DNA from: Octopus bimaculoides
Taxonomy: Eukaryota
Length of the DNA: 64,000 nt
Assembly: GCF_001194135.2 (NCBI RefSeq)
Contig: NC_068982.1
Coordinates: 154,088,433 to 154,152,432 of the forward strand
Direction of reading: 5' to 3'
The position numbers and the translations under genes were made by a program. Below the pieces are notes generated by a model. It had not been told where the DNA came from, did no database searches, and was given only the letters and a program-made list of their open reading frames with translations. Below, piece after piece: positions 1 through 13,069 of this stretch; the stretch's first letter is position 1; the number at the start of each line of letters is the position of its first letter.

Positions 1-199
1 TTAGCGTTAATCTTCTCTGGCCACAGACTGTCTGTTTCGAAAATTCTGTTTACCCATTGTGTGATGTGTTCCAGAAAATAAAATACATAAATATATTTTC
101 AAAGAATACTGAATGAAAGCGAATTTATATTGCGTAGAAAAATCTATCCAAAGAAGTAAAGCCTATCATTTCGCGAGATAATGTTCATTAATGTGAGTT

Positions 200-1130
200 C
201 TTGGTAGACAGCTGTCAAAAAGGATTCAACATGAGTGACATCGTTTGCATAACGGAGTCTTACAAGCATCTTGTAAGTCCGACTGAGTCCCTGATTCTTG
301 ACTTCTTGGACATTGCTTTAAATTTAGTGTTGAATTCCTGGGGGGGGGGGCGATGGTTTTCTGTATGAAGATGATAAGTTGTAAGGAAACCTGTTCGAAA
401 ACATACTTGTTCTTGAGATTGGTGCAAGTGTAAAGTCTTTGCATGATGTATGCGAACATCTTGTATGTGATGGAAAGCAAACTGATTGGTCTGTAATTCT
501 TCATGCTGACACTGTCGCCATTCTTCTACACTATAACCACTACTGCATTTTCCTCACTTAGAACTATGTTTAGGCGGTGATATTCGAGAGCAGTTGTGTG
601 AGAACCTGGTTCAGAGCATTTCCACCTTCTGGAAGACACTGCCAGTCATTTTGATTTCACTAGGGTCTTACAATGACGTAGAGTCTTCAGTGACACCTAA
701 GTTTTACGAATAGAATGAGCAATGTTTCGTTTTTTTTTGTTTTTTTTTTCATTTCTCGTGTCGGTATTGTGAACACTTGATGTTAGATGGTGAACACCTT
801 GGCCAGTATAATTTTCATTGTGAATTGTAGTCTTGCTTTTTTATTTCCAAATGCTGCTGTTGTCCGGCATTTATCACCCTTATTTTCCTGAAGACCTCAA
901 GAATTTGTTCCATGTTCTGAGCTGATTCATTGCATACCTGGTGACTTCAACACATTCAAGATTTTTAAGCAGAGTGACATATCATTTCATTGTTTGTCTC
1001 TTTTTTAATAGCCATCTTGTTGCAGCTGTTAGCGCGTCTGGATTTTCGCCCTTGTGTCTTCTGGTTGCCTGACAATATTGCCGAATGAGATAATTTCTGT
1101 AATACGTAATCGGCTCAAAAGTTCTACTTA
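200..1130 (-). mobile_element. Degraded LINE reverse-transcriptase fragment, RTE-like
   Basis: ORF 226-504 begins KNYRPISLLSITYKMF, the RT N-terminal NYRPISLL motif. A decayed AGFR...T.DH-like stretch follows. There are many stops and frameshifts, and the boundaries are approximate. Confidence 0.65.
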
Positions 1131-1772
1131 AAACTCCGTTTGCTGATGGCGCAGCTTGTGTTGTTTGGGTCGTTCGACTGTTTTCACTATTTTAAACATG
1201 GTGTTGTGTGTATGTGTGTAGAATAAATGATAAACTAGCCCAAGCACTGGACTAAGACGGAGTCACTGCCTATCTAGCTAGCTAAATTGCAAAATCTACG
1301 TAGATATATATTTTTGGGGTTGTACTCTTCCGAAGATGAGCTTAACGCCCGAAATATATAAAGGTTTTTCAACTTTCATCTCTGCATTGTTAGAATCTTT
1401 CCTCATTTCATGTATTATTCTATTTCTATATCACAATGCTTCAACGAACTACGACGCTCTTCATATGTGTGTGTGCGCGTGTGTGTCTGTAGATACACAT
1501 ATACATACGCACGTACATGTGTGTGTGTGTTTGTGCCCGTGTTTACTTTTGTTTACAATGTTCAAAATATCAGTAGCATTGATGTTGTATCGCTTTATAT
1601 ATTATGACTTAGCCGTTCGTCAAGCACGGATTAATAAAATAATATTGGACAGAAAGATATATTGGTATCGATGCAACCGACTAAACCGTTGAAAGTAGTG
1701 CCCTTGTAAAACTGAATTCCAATGATTTGAAACCAAGAAAACATTATATGTGTGAATACGCACATACTTGTG

Positions 1773-1894
<122 letters not shown>

Positions 1895-2352
1895 TTAACG
1901 TTATCTTGTTTATTTCCATTTTCCTATGCACACAGAATATATTCATGTATACTTTATGTGGTCATAAATCTAAATATAGTTGTACGTATATATATTTTCT
2001 TTATGGTGATGAATTTTTTCAGATCCACAGAATACATCATTCTGTCACTTACAGCAAACGAAGCAGCAATAATTGTAGGAAGATTTAGTAATAAAGTTGA
2101 AATGTCAGAAAGAAAATGTAGAGTCAGTGGAAGTTGCTGGTAAGTACTGGTGAGTTAAAGAAGGCGAAGTGGGGTGAATCGGTGGTATAAGGGGAAGAAT
2201 GAATTGGAGGGAAGTAATGAAGATGAAGAGTGGACGAGAGGAGATGCTACAGTTGGGAGGTGAAATGATGAGTAAAATTATTATCACCCATCGAAGATTT
2301 GGAAAAAAAAACTATACATAGGAAGGAAAGCAGTAAAAAAAAGCAACAGTGA

Positions 2353-2388
<36 letters not shown>

Positions 2389-2891
2389 AGGAAAGAAAAG
2401 AAACGAAACGAAACGAAACAAACAGAAACGAAGCGTAAGTAAAAGCGAAACGTCTAAAAGTGTAATTGTTATTTGAAGTGTTATTTGAAATATATTGTTG
2501 TTAGTTTTACATATCAATATGTATGTAAGTTCTCCAGTTATGCTACCTGTGACTCGGATTCCTTTCTCTGCTGAGGTTGGTTCTCATCATAAGTTCTGCT
2601 TATACATTAGGGGATAAAATTGATTGGCATTGCAATGGAGTTTGTTCTGCAAATTAGGGTTTTTTTTATAAAAGAAAATAAAAAGCCAAGGGACAAAAAT
2701 GAAATTTATTGCACTTCGAGAGAAACTACTTATAAATGAAGAAATATTAATTAGAGTACAGACCTAGTAAGTTATGTAGTAAAAAAGTTTTCTTCAGAGT
2801 CAGATTATTCCAGGTTTGATCCTACTGTATGACAGCTTGGGAAAGTGTCGTCTCTCGTAGTCTTGATTCGATCCAAGTATCTAAGCATAAT

Positions 2892-3027
2892 TTGGCAGAT
2901 CGAAACTGTATGTTAGCCGCTGATTCACTGTGTCTATTTATGGTGGTAGTTTTACACCTTGGCAGATCGAAACTGTGTGTAAGCCGCTCTGATTCACTGA
3001 GCCTGTTTATGGTGGTAGTTTTACACC
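2892..3027 (+). repeat. Tandem duplication, unit ~67 bp x2
   Basis: ttggcagatcgaaactgt...ggtggtagttttacacc occurs at 2892 and again at 2959. Confidence 0.9.
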
Positions 3028-3649
3028 CACTGTCCCTTGAGCAACTTTGGTGTATTCCATTCTGTTGCAAGCGTCTAAAACCCCTTTATTCTTAATCTAA
3101 GCCAACTGATTACAGAAATCATCAATGGTCTAGACAGTTATACATCTCTTGGTTTTGTTGTTTTGGTTTTGTTTTTACATTTTTTTTATTAATTTAGTTA
3201 AAGGAGAGGATATCAGATTCCAAAATGATATGTGTAGACTTTTCCGGACCTTTAGGTAACAAGAATAACGAGGAATTAGCTGCTACACACCAGTCACCAC
3301 AATCAATCCGAAGCAGAAACTGAATACAGAGACAAGATGGTAGAAGACAAGACAAGTCAAGGGGAAATATGCTGTGGTCTCTGATTGGAGACCATAAGTA
3401 AAATATGACAACACAACTAAAGGACAAATTGAACAAAGACAGTTAGTGGGGAGAGAGTTTGTGGCTAAATGGCAGCGAGATGGATATTTACTGGGTTCCT
3501 TCTTACAGGACATCTTCGAGCAAAACAGCTGACAAACTCAGGCATGAAGCCGAGGTCAGAAATAGTCGCGTAATAATGCCTTGGTATGACTCTTCCCGTG
3601 ACACTAAAATGGTAACATACAACCACTTCTGTAAGGGTAATGACAAACT

Positions 3650-4018
3650 ACTACTGATGTCGCTACTGCTGTTTCTGCTGTCCTTACTGCTGTTTCTGCT
3701 GTCCTTACTGCTGTTGTCGCTGTTACTGCTGTCTCTACTTTTATAGCTGCCGTTGTTCGTTGCTGCTGTTGCCTGCATTATCTTTAGTACCTTTGCCATT
3801 GTTGCTGTTGTAGCTATTGCTAATGTTGTTGCTTTTGCTGTTACTCTCCTTTGTCAGTATGTCAGTGGAGCAACTTTTTTTTTAATTTTGAACTTCCAGC
3901 GCTCAAACCTACTTTCCCCTTTTACATGGAGAACAATCTCTTCACAAACATTGCACCTGCTGCTGATTTTGTTTTTGTTAAATCTGTTGCTGTTATTTCT
4001 TCTTCTTCTTCTTCTTGT

Positions 4019-4049
<31 letters not shown>

Positions 4050-4100
4050 GCGGTGGTGATGGTGGTTTTGGTGGTGGTGTTGTTTGCCATAATAGCAGCG
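3650..4100. repeat. Low-complexity (CTG/GTT/TCT/GCT/GGT) trinucleotide-derived repeats
   Basis: Visible runs, including a 21-bp tandem unit at about 3670-3710. These explain several spurious ORFs. Confidence 0.9.
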
Positions 4101-4599
4101 GCGTAATTATTCGGACTTTGAACTTACAATGCTTGAAAAACATTCTCCTCTTCCGAGCGGAGGTTGAAGGGGAGGGATTCTGAAATTGGCTACACCTGTC
4201 TTTGAAAGTCATTTCTATCTCTTCCTTCAGTTTGATGCCATATCTGTAAAAAAAAAAAAAGGATGAAGTGTTTTTCAAAACAAAATTTGAAAATCTTTCC
4301 AACAAATTTCAGTCCTAGATGGGCCAGGACACAAAGGGACCAGCCAGCCCTATACGTTCTACTTGGCTTAAACAAATGTTACATAACAAAATTTTAGCAA
4401 CTAACAACTTTTGAACGTGTAAACAGACGAACAAACTTACGATGAATAATTACAAAAAATAATATAATGGAAAAAGATGCTAACATCAAGCGCAAACGAT
4501 ATAACCAATACAATTTAAAAAGTAACAACAGCATTTCCAACAAACAAGGCAATTGCCAAGTCTGAGTCATTTACAGATACAATCGTGTCAGCAGAATTG

Positions 4600-4850
4600 T
4601 CCAGATATAATTACCAAAAGAGTCGGGTGAGAGCCTCTACATTGTAATAAACAACTCAGACCTTTCTGTTCAAAGCATGGCTAAAAGAGATTGAGATGTA
4701 GTCAAAATATAAGGATCTTGAATCTGAAATAAGTAAAACATGAAGAATGAAACAGTGAAAATAATACTTGGAGTACTAAATATGATTTTCAAAGAAAAGA
4801 AACATAAATAAATACGTAAAAGCCATATCAGGGACTCCCTCTCTCACTCT
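4600..4850 (+). mobile_element. Highly decayed 3' remnant of an R4/Dong-like RLE domain
   Basis: Translates with stops to EIEM*SKYKDLESEISKT*...IILGVLNMI, resembling the K.EK..KY.DL..E...IPVIIGALG motif. Confidence 0.45.
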
Positions 4851-5231
4851 CATTCTTTCTCTTTCTCACTCACTCATGTACCCTACCCACAGGTCACACG
4901 ACTCACATTATACACAGTAGTTATCCCACAATATAAATACTCTGCACGATCAACGCCTCACACTAAGTCACACAACACCAATCACACCACAACCACTAAT
5001 ATAAAACACCACCAAACAAAATAACACAACTCATATCATGCATAATCTGTACAATAGATAAAATACTAAAATAACAACAATTATAACAAATCTCAAAGTC
5101 ATGGAAAACTGATTTAGTATTCAAATGCAAATCTACACCTTTATAAGGCAATGCTGTGCTCATATCAAGAACACTGAGGTACAGCTGATGGTGCAGTAGA
5201 AGCGTGATAAGTTGTTTCAAATTTGAGCAAC

Positions 5232-5612
5232 ATTACTTGACTGGTAACTTTGTTATCGACCTCGAAATGAGGAAAGGCAAAACTGATCTTGATGGTATTT
5301 GAACTCAGAACGTAAAGAACCGGAACAAGTGCCGCAGCAGATCTTGTTCCACGTCCTGTATGTTCCGCTAGCCCACGTCCGTTGCAAGCATGATAAACAA
5401 TAACAATTCTCTCAAATTTTAAGGCGCAAAGCCAGCAATATTATGGGATAGGTTAGTTGGTTGCATCGACTACAGTACTTGACTAGTACTTTATTTTATC
5501 GAGCCCGGAGGGATGAAAAGCAAGGTCGGTTTTCATGGAATTTGAACTCAGAACGAAAAGAGCCGGAAGCATTTTGTCCAACGCACTAACGATTCTGCTA
5601 GCTCCCTGCCTT
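5232..5612 (-). mobile_element. Two adjacent tRNA-derived SINE copies (family A, head AAGGCGGCGAGCTGGCAGAATCGTTAGCAC)
   Basis: Both contain the family core gaatttgaactcagaacg and match the copies at 29085-29925. Confidence 0.75.
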
Positions 5613-5629
5613 TGATTTTAAAAAATGAT

Positions 5630-5630
5630 G

Positions 5631-5700
<70 letters not shown>
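5630..5700. repeat. (AAT)n microsatellite
   Basis: Direct. Confidence 0.95.
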
Positions 5701-5703
<3 letters not shown>

Positions 5704-6309
5704 ATAACAAGGTGTATAATCTCTAACGAATACAAAGAGAAACCTATATAGAAAAAGTTACTTTGTACAATAAATTAAAGAGGCAAAAATTAATTTACAT
5801 TTTCAAAAATCGCTAGTAATTATTTTAGCATGAGCTGCTTCAATTGCAATTGCTAATTAATTACTGTGGTAAGACATCTAATAATTATGAAAAATTCATG
5901 GAATCTATGGGATGATTAATTAATTTTTAATTTTTTTTGCGCATTTTATTTGTATATTTTTCCTTATGGTTAAATAAATGTCTTTGAAGTAATGGCGGAT
6001 AACATATTTGGTTGATAAGTAATTTTTTGTCGATTTCAAAATAATCATTCGTGTGGAAACCAGAAAAGTATTAGATCCTTTGTTAGTTTTGAACCCTCTT
6101 GTGATCGATGTTCTTTTCTATGTGACTTGACTAAATCAACAAACGTGTGTCATAGATATCTTCCTCTATATTATATTCCACCACAATACGCCACTCCAAA
6201 GTCTGCATATCGCTACCCACGATATGAAATCATTTTGTTTCTTATAAAAAGTATAGATCTTTGGGAAACTGCTTCAAACAGAAATTTCGTCAACTGCACT
6301 AAATATTGG

Positions 6310-6472
6310 CTTCAAATTTTGGCACTAGGCCAGCAATTCCTTGTGCTCAACTGGTACTTATTTTATCGACCCGGAAAGGACGAAAGGCAAAGTCGAATTT
6401 GAACTCAGAACGTACAGACGGACGAAATGCCGCCAAGCATTGTTCTCAGCGTGCTAACGATTCGGCCAGCTC
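6310..6472 (-). mobile_element. SINE family A
   Basis: ggtacttattttatcgacccggaaaggacgaaaggcaaagtcgaatttgaactcagaacg...gctaacgattc. Confidence 0.8.
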
Positions 6473-7481
6473 GAACTATACTAGATACTAGGAAGTTCTT
6501 TGACAGGATTCAGACTAAGAATTTCTTTGATATCCATCCCCCATCCCATATGAATAGTCTTCCTTGTTACTGATGAATGCCGTAATGACCTTCTTTACAG
6601 GCCATTCCTTTTTGTTCTATGATGCTGGTCCTACTGCGTTCCCAAAATCATTCATATCCAACGAAGATCTGTCATTTTACTCATTCTTTTCTATAAATGA
6701 CTCTGTCATATGCAATTTCATCTCCTTTTGTCTATTTACCACCTCATCTTACTCTGAAATACTTCTCAATACAAGACTGACCCTCAGAGTGAACCAAGTA
6801 CTAGTTTAACTCTTTGCACGTTCTGTGTATCATATGTAATATACACGACTTATTTCCTTGGCGTTCATGCTTCACATACGATACACATTCCCAATTTTTG
6901 TCAACTACAGAATAACTTCCTTATGAAAGGAAAGTTTTATATTTCTCAGAATGTATGAAACTAGAGCTAACTAAAAGTCTTGAAACAAACATAGACGTTT
7001 AGGAGAACGCTGTGAAAATGCTTGGGACAGGAACAGGGTTGACAAATCCAAAATAAAATATTTTATTTTCACACTGAAAAATTATCCCATACTATATATA
7101 CTAGAAACAACAATTTCTACATGAAATTAATAATAAATAAAGGTAACTTGAGGTTTTCTTTAGAAACCGTGTCCTACCGTTATGGGTTCAAGCAGTCCTG
7201 ATTTTGTTTTTAGATCCAGAAAGATTCGATTTGCAACTCAAAACTTTTTGTTGATATTATCTAAGAACCGATTCACATTAATGCTAACTATCATGCTGTT
7301 TGTCTGACGAATTTGTCAACTTCAATCTCTGAACCGAATTCTAAAAAGAGTAGTTCATAGTTCATAGTTCATACCGTACTTTTCTGATTGAGCTAACACT
7401 TTATCCACGTTCATCTTGTCGAGCCACCATTTCCTACAATTTGTCTCTTTCGGTGAGCCTTTATCTCTCTCTCTCTCTCTT

Positions 7482-7535
<54 letters not shown>

Positions 7536-9666
7536 TTCTCTCTTTCTCTTTCCCACTCCCCCTCTCTCACTTCGCCTACCTTTGTTTTCTTTTTTATTAT
7601 CATTTCATCTTTTCAACAACAATCATATTAACCTCAATTTGTTTCCTCAAAACCGCAAATTCCATTACTTTTTAAGTGAACCACATAACGGAATCAGGGG
7701 AATACATATTTGTGTTGCTCATATACATACCACAAGCCACTCTGAGGCATTTCTCTTAGGTCATTTTTGTTTTACACATACACACGCGCGCGCACATACA
7801 CACACACACACACACATACATACACACATATATATACACATATATACACACACATATGTATGTATATTCCTCACTTCCTTTAACATATTTTCGTGCATTC
7901 CATATTTTAACTTCATTTTCCTTTTTGTTTCTTTTAATGCCTTCAGAAATTATTTTGTTCAAATTCTGTTGTTTAGTAAGTTTCACTATTAATTATTTTG
8001 TTTTTCTTGCTGTTTTTTGTGGTAAGCTGAGTTTTATAAATGTGCGTTACTGTTAATTATAGCTCATAGTGATATTATTTCTCTTCTGCTCTTGGTAACA
8101 CTTCTTTGTCATGATTCTCTTACTTGTTTACTACTTTGAGAAGTTTTTTTTTATTTGGCATACATCGTAAAAATCACGTGTTAATTCTTCTTGGCAGATT
8201 TTTACTTTTATTTATTTATTTCATTTTGGTCTACTACAAATATTGTACTCTTTTTATTTGTTCTGCAACTTCCTTTTTTACGATGTGGAACCATTACTAA
8301 GAGCTTTGATAAAACAGTAACATTTATTTTTTTTAATGTTATTTACATCCATTTTCTTTTTTTTTTTTGCTAATATTTTCAAATGATTTCATGTTGCGAG
8401 ATTAAAAACATCACCAAGTCACATCTCGGCTCCTCTAGTTCTCACAAGAAATTGGGAAAAAATACAATAAAAAAAACATAAAACTACAGAATATGAGATA
8501 AACGATAGAATCGTTTGCGATGTTGTCAGACTAAATCAATTTGTACAGGGGAAATAAATGACATTTTGGGGGCATAATGTATGATGTTTTAATTGAGAGA
8601 AGTGGCAGACCGGAACTAATTAAATCTAAATTAGTGATAAGAGTGTTACATTCCCTTCTGGCCTCTAGAATCCTATTGAAATCCTAGTTACCAAAGAATT
8701 GTGATCATTAATCTTCGATAACATTATATTTTGTTTTTAGATTGCCATTAACGGATCTTTGTGTTTATGGAATTTGGCAGATAAGCATTAAATCACAATT
8801 AAATTGACACATTTTGCAAATGAATCAATATTCTACGTGAATGGTCTTCTGGTTTTTCTTCTTTTTGTTTTTTAAGATTTTACTCTTAATCCACTATGAC
8901 TCAATGTATGGATATTTGCATACATAACTTTACTACAAGAAATTTTCCTTCGTGAAAATAAACAAACAGATGAATAATTAAATAAGTGAATCAATAAGTA
9001 AATAAATTAAATGACACGGATTCTATCATATCGCTTCGTATTTGTTTTACAGGAAATCGATCACCTTTAATTAAAATGTTCGCTTATTTTTACGCATATG
9101 TTTGATTTTTCCGACTACAGTGACCTCTTTCAAAATAAGTTGAAAGACAAGCTTTCATAAACCGACTTCAAAGTAAATAGAAAACCTAGTTTCGCTCACA
9201 CCTTCTACCAATGAAAGCGCCATTATATTCAATACTTAAATGTTATTTAGAATACCGATAAAATTTATGACTCTTCAAGTATCAAGTTAAAATCCTTTAT
9301 AAATTCCGTATCTAATTATTTTACCTGCTTCTACTTAAAAATTGAATTTTGCTTCTTCTCTAGAACTAGAAGCTATTTTAAGCTAGAAGTGATTTTTAAA
9401 TTTTGAATTACTTTTATTTTTAGAATTTACCAAAACTTGTAGAAAATGGAGAGTATGGGAAATATTATCGAGCAGAAATTTTATATCCAGACGATATTCA
9501 CTCATATCATACTACTTTTATTTACTTACACTTTTGGAACCAGGAATGTATTCCAAAATCTTTCTTCCAAATTGCTGGTTACAAGAGATTAAAATTTTGA
9601 ATCGTAATCGTGAAGTGTGTCTCCAACAAACTTGATTAAATTACACACGTTTGAGCATGCACTATA

Positions 9667-9731
<65 letters not shown>

Positions 9732-10208
9732 NNNNNNNNNNNNNNNNNNNNNNNNNNNNNNNNNNNNNNNNNNNNNNNNNNNNNNNNNNNNNNNNNNNNN
9801 NNNNNNNNNNNNNNNNNNNNNNNNNNNNNNNNNNNNNNNNNNNNNNNNNNNNNNNNNNNNNNNNNNNNNNNNNNNNNNNNNNNNNNNNNNNNNNNNNNNN
9901 NNNNNNNNNNNNNNNNNNNNNNNNNNNNNNNNNNNNNNNNNNNNNNNNNNNNNNNNNNNNNNNNNNNNNNNNNNNNNNNNNNNNNNNNNNNNNNNNNNNN
10001 NNNNNNNNNNNNNNNNNNNNNNNNNNNNNNNNNNNNNNNNNNNNNNNNNNNNNNNNNNNNNNNNNNNNNNNNNNNNNNNNNNNNNNNNNNNNNNNNNNNN
10101 NNNNNNNNNNNNNNNNNNNNNNNNNNNNNNNNNNNNNNNNNNNNNNNNNNNNNNNNNNNNNNNNNNNNNNNNNNNNNNNNNNNNNNNNNNNNNNNNNNNN
10201 NNNNNNNC
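9732..10208. other. Assembly gap (others: 12075-12151, 18246-18333, 21610-22356, 23530-23754, 31498-31648, 42971-43508, 63270-63279)
   Basis: Runs of N. Confidence 1.
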
Positions 10209-10992
10209 CCGGGAACGCACGGACGGACAGGATGATAACGACGTCGTTGGGACAGACACGAGCTGCAGACGCTGTTCCAGTGGCGGTCACAACGACAGCA
10301 ACAACAGCTGGGTGACGGCAAGAAGTTCGAGCGTGTGAACGAGCGAACGAACAAACCTGCTGCTACTGCTGCCCTACAACGCGTCCAGGAGCGAGTTGAT
10401 GCCGGTACGCGAAGCGGAGGGCGACGACGGCAGCGAAGGTGAGAGCCCTCAGATGTTGATGAACGAGGTGAGAGTGGCGGCATATCGAGAACTCACTGAC
10501 CGTGTTGAGCCTAGCGGCACGTACCCGCGTCGACGAACACGATACGGAAGAACACAACGTCCATTGAATCCTCGTCCGATCTGCTAGACCCCAGTATCAT
10601 GTCAGATCATGTGTGAGGTCTCTCATGAGAGCTGCAGGTAACATGGAATCCTGTACAACCTGCTGTCTCGTCGATTCGTCGGTGGCTTAACCGGCACCCT
10701 CACTTGACTAGCCTGGTGGGGAGTGTTACTAGAACCTCAGCAGGACTAAAAGCAAGACCTGTCAAAAGGTCGGATGTACCCAGGGTAGGTTCAACGACTA
10801 CGAAGCAACGGCACAGATACTCAGAAATTCCGGGTTGGAGTCCGGCATGCTGAAAGACAGCTGGGAGTACGGTACCCCTCTGCTTATGTCAAAACATGTC
10901 TCTTGGAGAGGATCATTCTGATATAAAACCAGATAGGCAGGGAATGGCATTGGAGATTTTGAGCGTCTTTGCTAGCGCTTGAGGTCATAACA
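10209..10992 (+). mobile_element. 3' end of a Gypsy-like LTR retrotransposon: GC-rich internal tail, PPT and 3' LTR (10724-10992)
   Basis: A purine tract GGGGAG (10718-10723) directly precedes TGTTA (10724). The matching TAACA ends at 10992. There is a TATA-like GATATAAAA near 10920, and the upstream frame ends in RTRYGRTQRP, as in Gypsy pol tails. The 5' part runs into a gap. Confidence 0.6.
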
Positions 10993-12423
10993 CTCCTATA
11001 TTCCTGGCCCTGTAACCAATATTGACACTAAATATCTTGTCTTGGCAAGATATTTCATGCAAATAGCTTGAGTGTGTATGTGTGTATGCATTATATATAT
11101 GGGAGAATTTACGAAACAACAGACGAAGACAGGTGGTGTAAACAACAAATGGATGTATTAGTTTAACGCTCGGGAATAGAGAAACGCACACACACACACA
11201 TACATGCACGTAAGCATGTGTATTTGCACACGCGCGCGCGCGTGTGTGTGTGTGCGTGTGTCATACAGCAGAATGACCCAGTCGCATACGCCATAAACAC
11301 GATGTACTACAAATAAAATAGATAAACAACCGATAAAACATTTGTGATCTAAGAATTATGAGTCTTTTCGAATTTCTCTTTGTTAAGGAAAAAATTGTTA
11401 TTTAAGAAAGTGTTGCCGTAGTTAGAATATTCAGTAAGATAAGGTATCCGTTGGCTAAACATTTTGAGAAATGTATAATTTTGAGAAAGGCTAACAGAAA
11501 GGGACAGAGTATGACACAATCAACCTATAATTGAATGTTTTAGAAACAAAAAAACTTTTTTCTATACATCACTTGGGCTTGTTACTATACAGTAATTCAT
11601 GATTTAAAATCTGGAGACGCCTGAAGATATCGCTCCTCGAAAAATATTCATGATAAAACGACTTGTAGTATATGCAAAACAACAACATAACACATCAATA
11701 CAGAACTCAATTGTAATCAACAATTATTTCACATATAATTCAAAGCAGGTTGCTTTATAAATAAATTCCTTGTTGGAATATAAAGCTACGTGTTTATGTT
11801 TACTGCAATAATAACCATAGAAAGAAGTTGTGCTCACAGGGAAAAATAATCGCCAAGTTACTCGATTTTGTGCAGATTTCTTTAGTTTTTATTTCTTACA
11901 TTTAGCGCGTATATCGCTTTGAGCAGTATTTTAGAGTTCTTCTCAGGGGATAAAATAGAAGTTACAATGTTGAAGGAAAGAATATCTGTAATAAATGTAT
12001 ATAGCAATAATTTCTATCATTTATGTTAATAATCTAGTAATTTGTATTCAGCGAACGCTCTACGAATATATATANNNNNNNNNNNNNNNNNNNNNNNNNN
12101 NNNNNNNNNNNNNNNNNNNNNNNNNNNNNNNNNNNNNNNNNNNNNNNNNNNATATATATATATATATATATAATATGTGTGTATTCGTTAGAGAAAACAA
12201 TCATTGCTTGTGAAGGTGTATGCAAATGTTCTCTCTCATGAAGAATCACTCACGTGTATATACATACTTTTCGGAATATACTAATGTACTCCCATATAAG
12301 CAATTTCCCATAAATACACACACACTTACACTTACACACACACACACAGATGCACCCACACACATGCATTCATTCATGCATACACACATGGATTAAATAC
12401 ACACATCAATGTATGTGTATGTA

Positions 12424-12454
<31 letters not shown>

Positions 12455-12924
12455 GTGTGTGTGTGTGTATGTGTGTGTAATGAGATGACTCTGCTGCTAA
12501 ATGACTAATAACCAAAACTAATAAAAGAATAGGATATAAACTTACTAAGCGTGATCAAAGTTTCCCTGAGACTTTTAAGTTACTGTTATGTCTCAACGCT
12601 ACTGCTATCTAGCACCTTCGGATGATCTCCACTCAACCGCTACACAGCTGCTACTCGACTGCTACTCAACACTACTCGACTGCTACTCAACACTTTTTCT
12701 CTTTATTCGGCACTTACGGTCATACCACAGAGGGGGACACTACAAGGACAGACACATTACAATGGGAATATAAAACATAAAACGAATGACAATGAGATAT
12801 TATATAATGAAGAAATGAAATGGCTGCATGGGCCCCATTCCCATGCAGTACTATTTGAACGTTTATATACACTATTTCTATTTAACATTGTTCATTTTTT
12901 TCTATTGTTTTTTTCTTAATTATC

Positions 12925-12989
<65 letters not shown>

Positions 12990-13069
12990 ATAACACGAAA
13001 CACTTTTACTTTTTTTCCTACTTTTTGTTCCTTTTATTTCCAAACAATTTTACTCTTTTTTTTTTTTAA

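Noticed and set aside
3503-4305. ORFs with poly-Pro/Ala/Glu/Ser tracts resembling a transcription factor
   Set aside because: They are produced by trinucleotide microsatellites, are open in several frames on both strands, and have no domain or splice support.
9589-10483. Long ORFs spanning N-runs (also 21422-22558, 23398-23796, 42806-43586)
   Set aside because: Their length comes from unknown bases and dinucleotide repeats.
11621-11650. CTGAAGA...GAAA hammerhead-like spacing
   Set aside because: The intervening sequence cannot form stem II and no stem I is evident.
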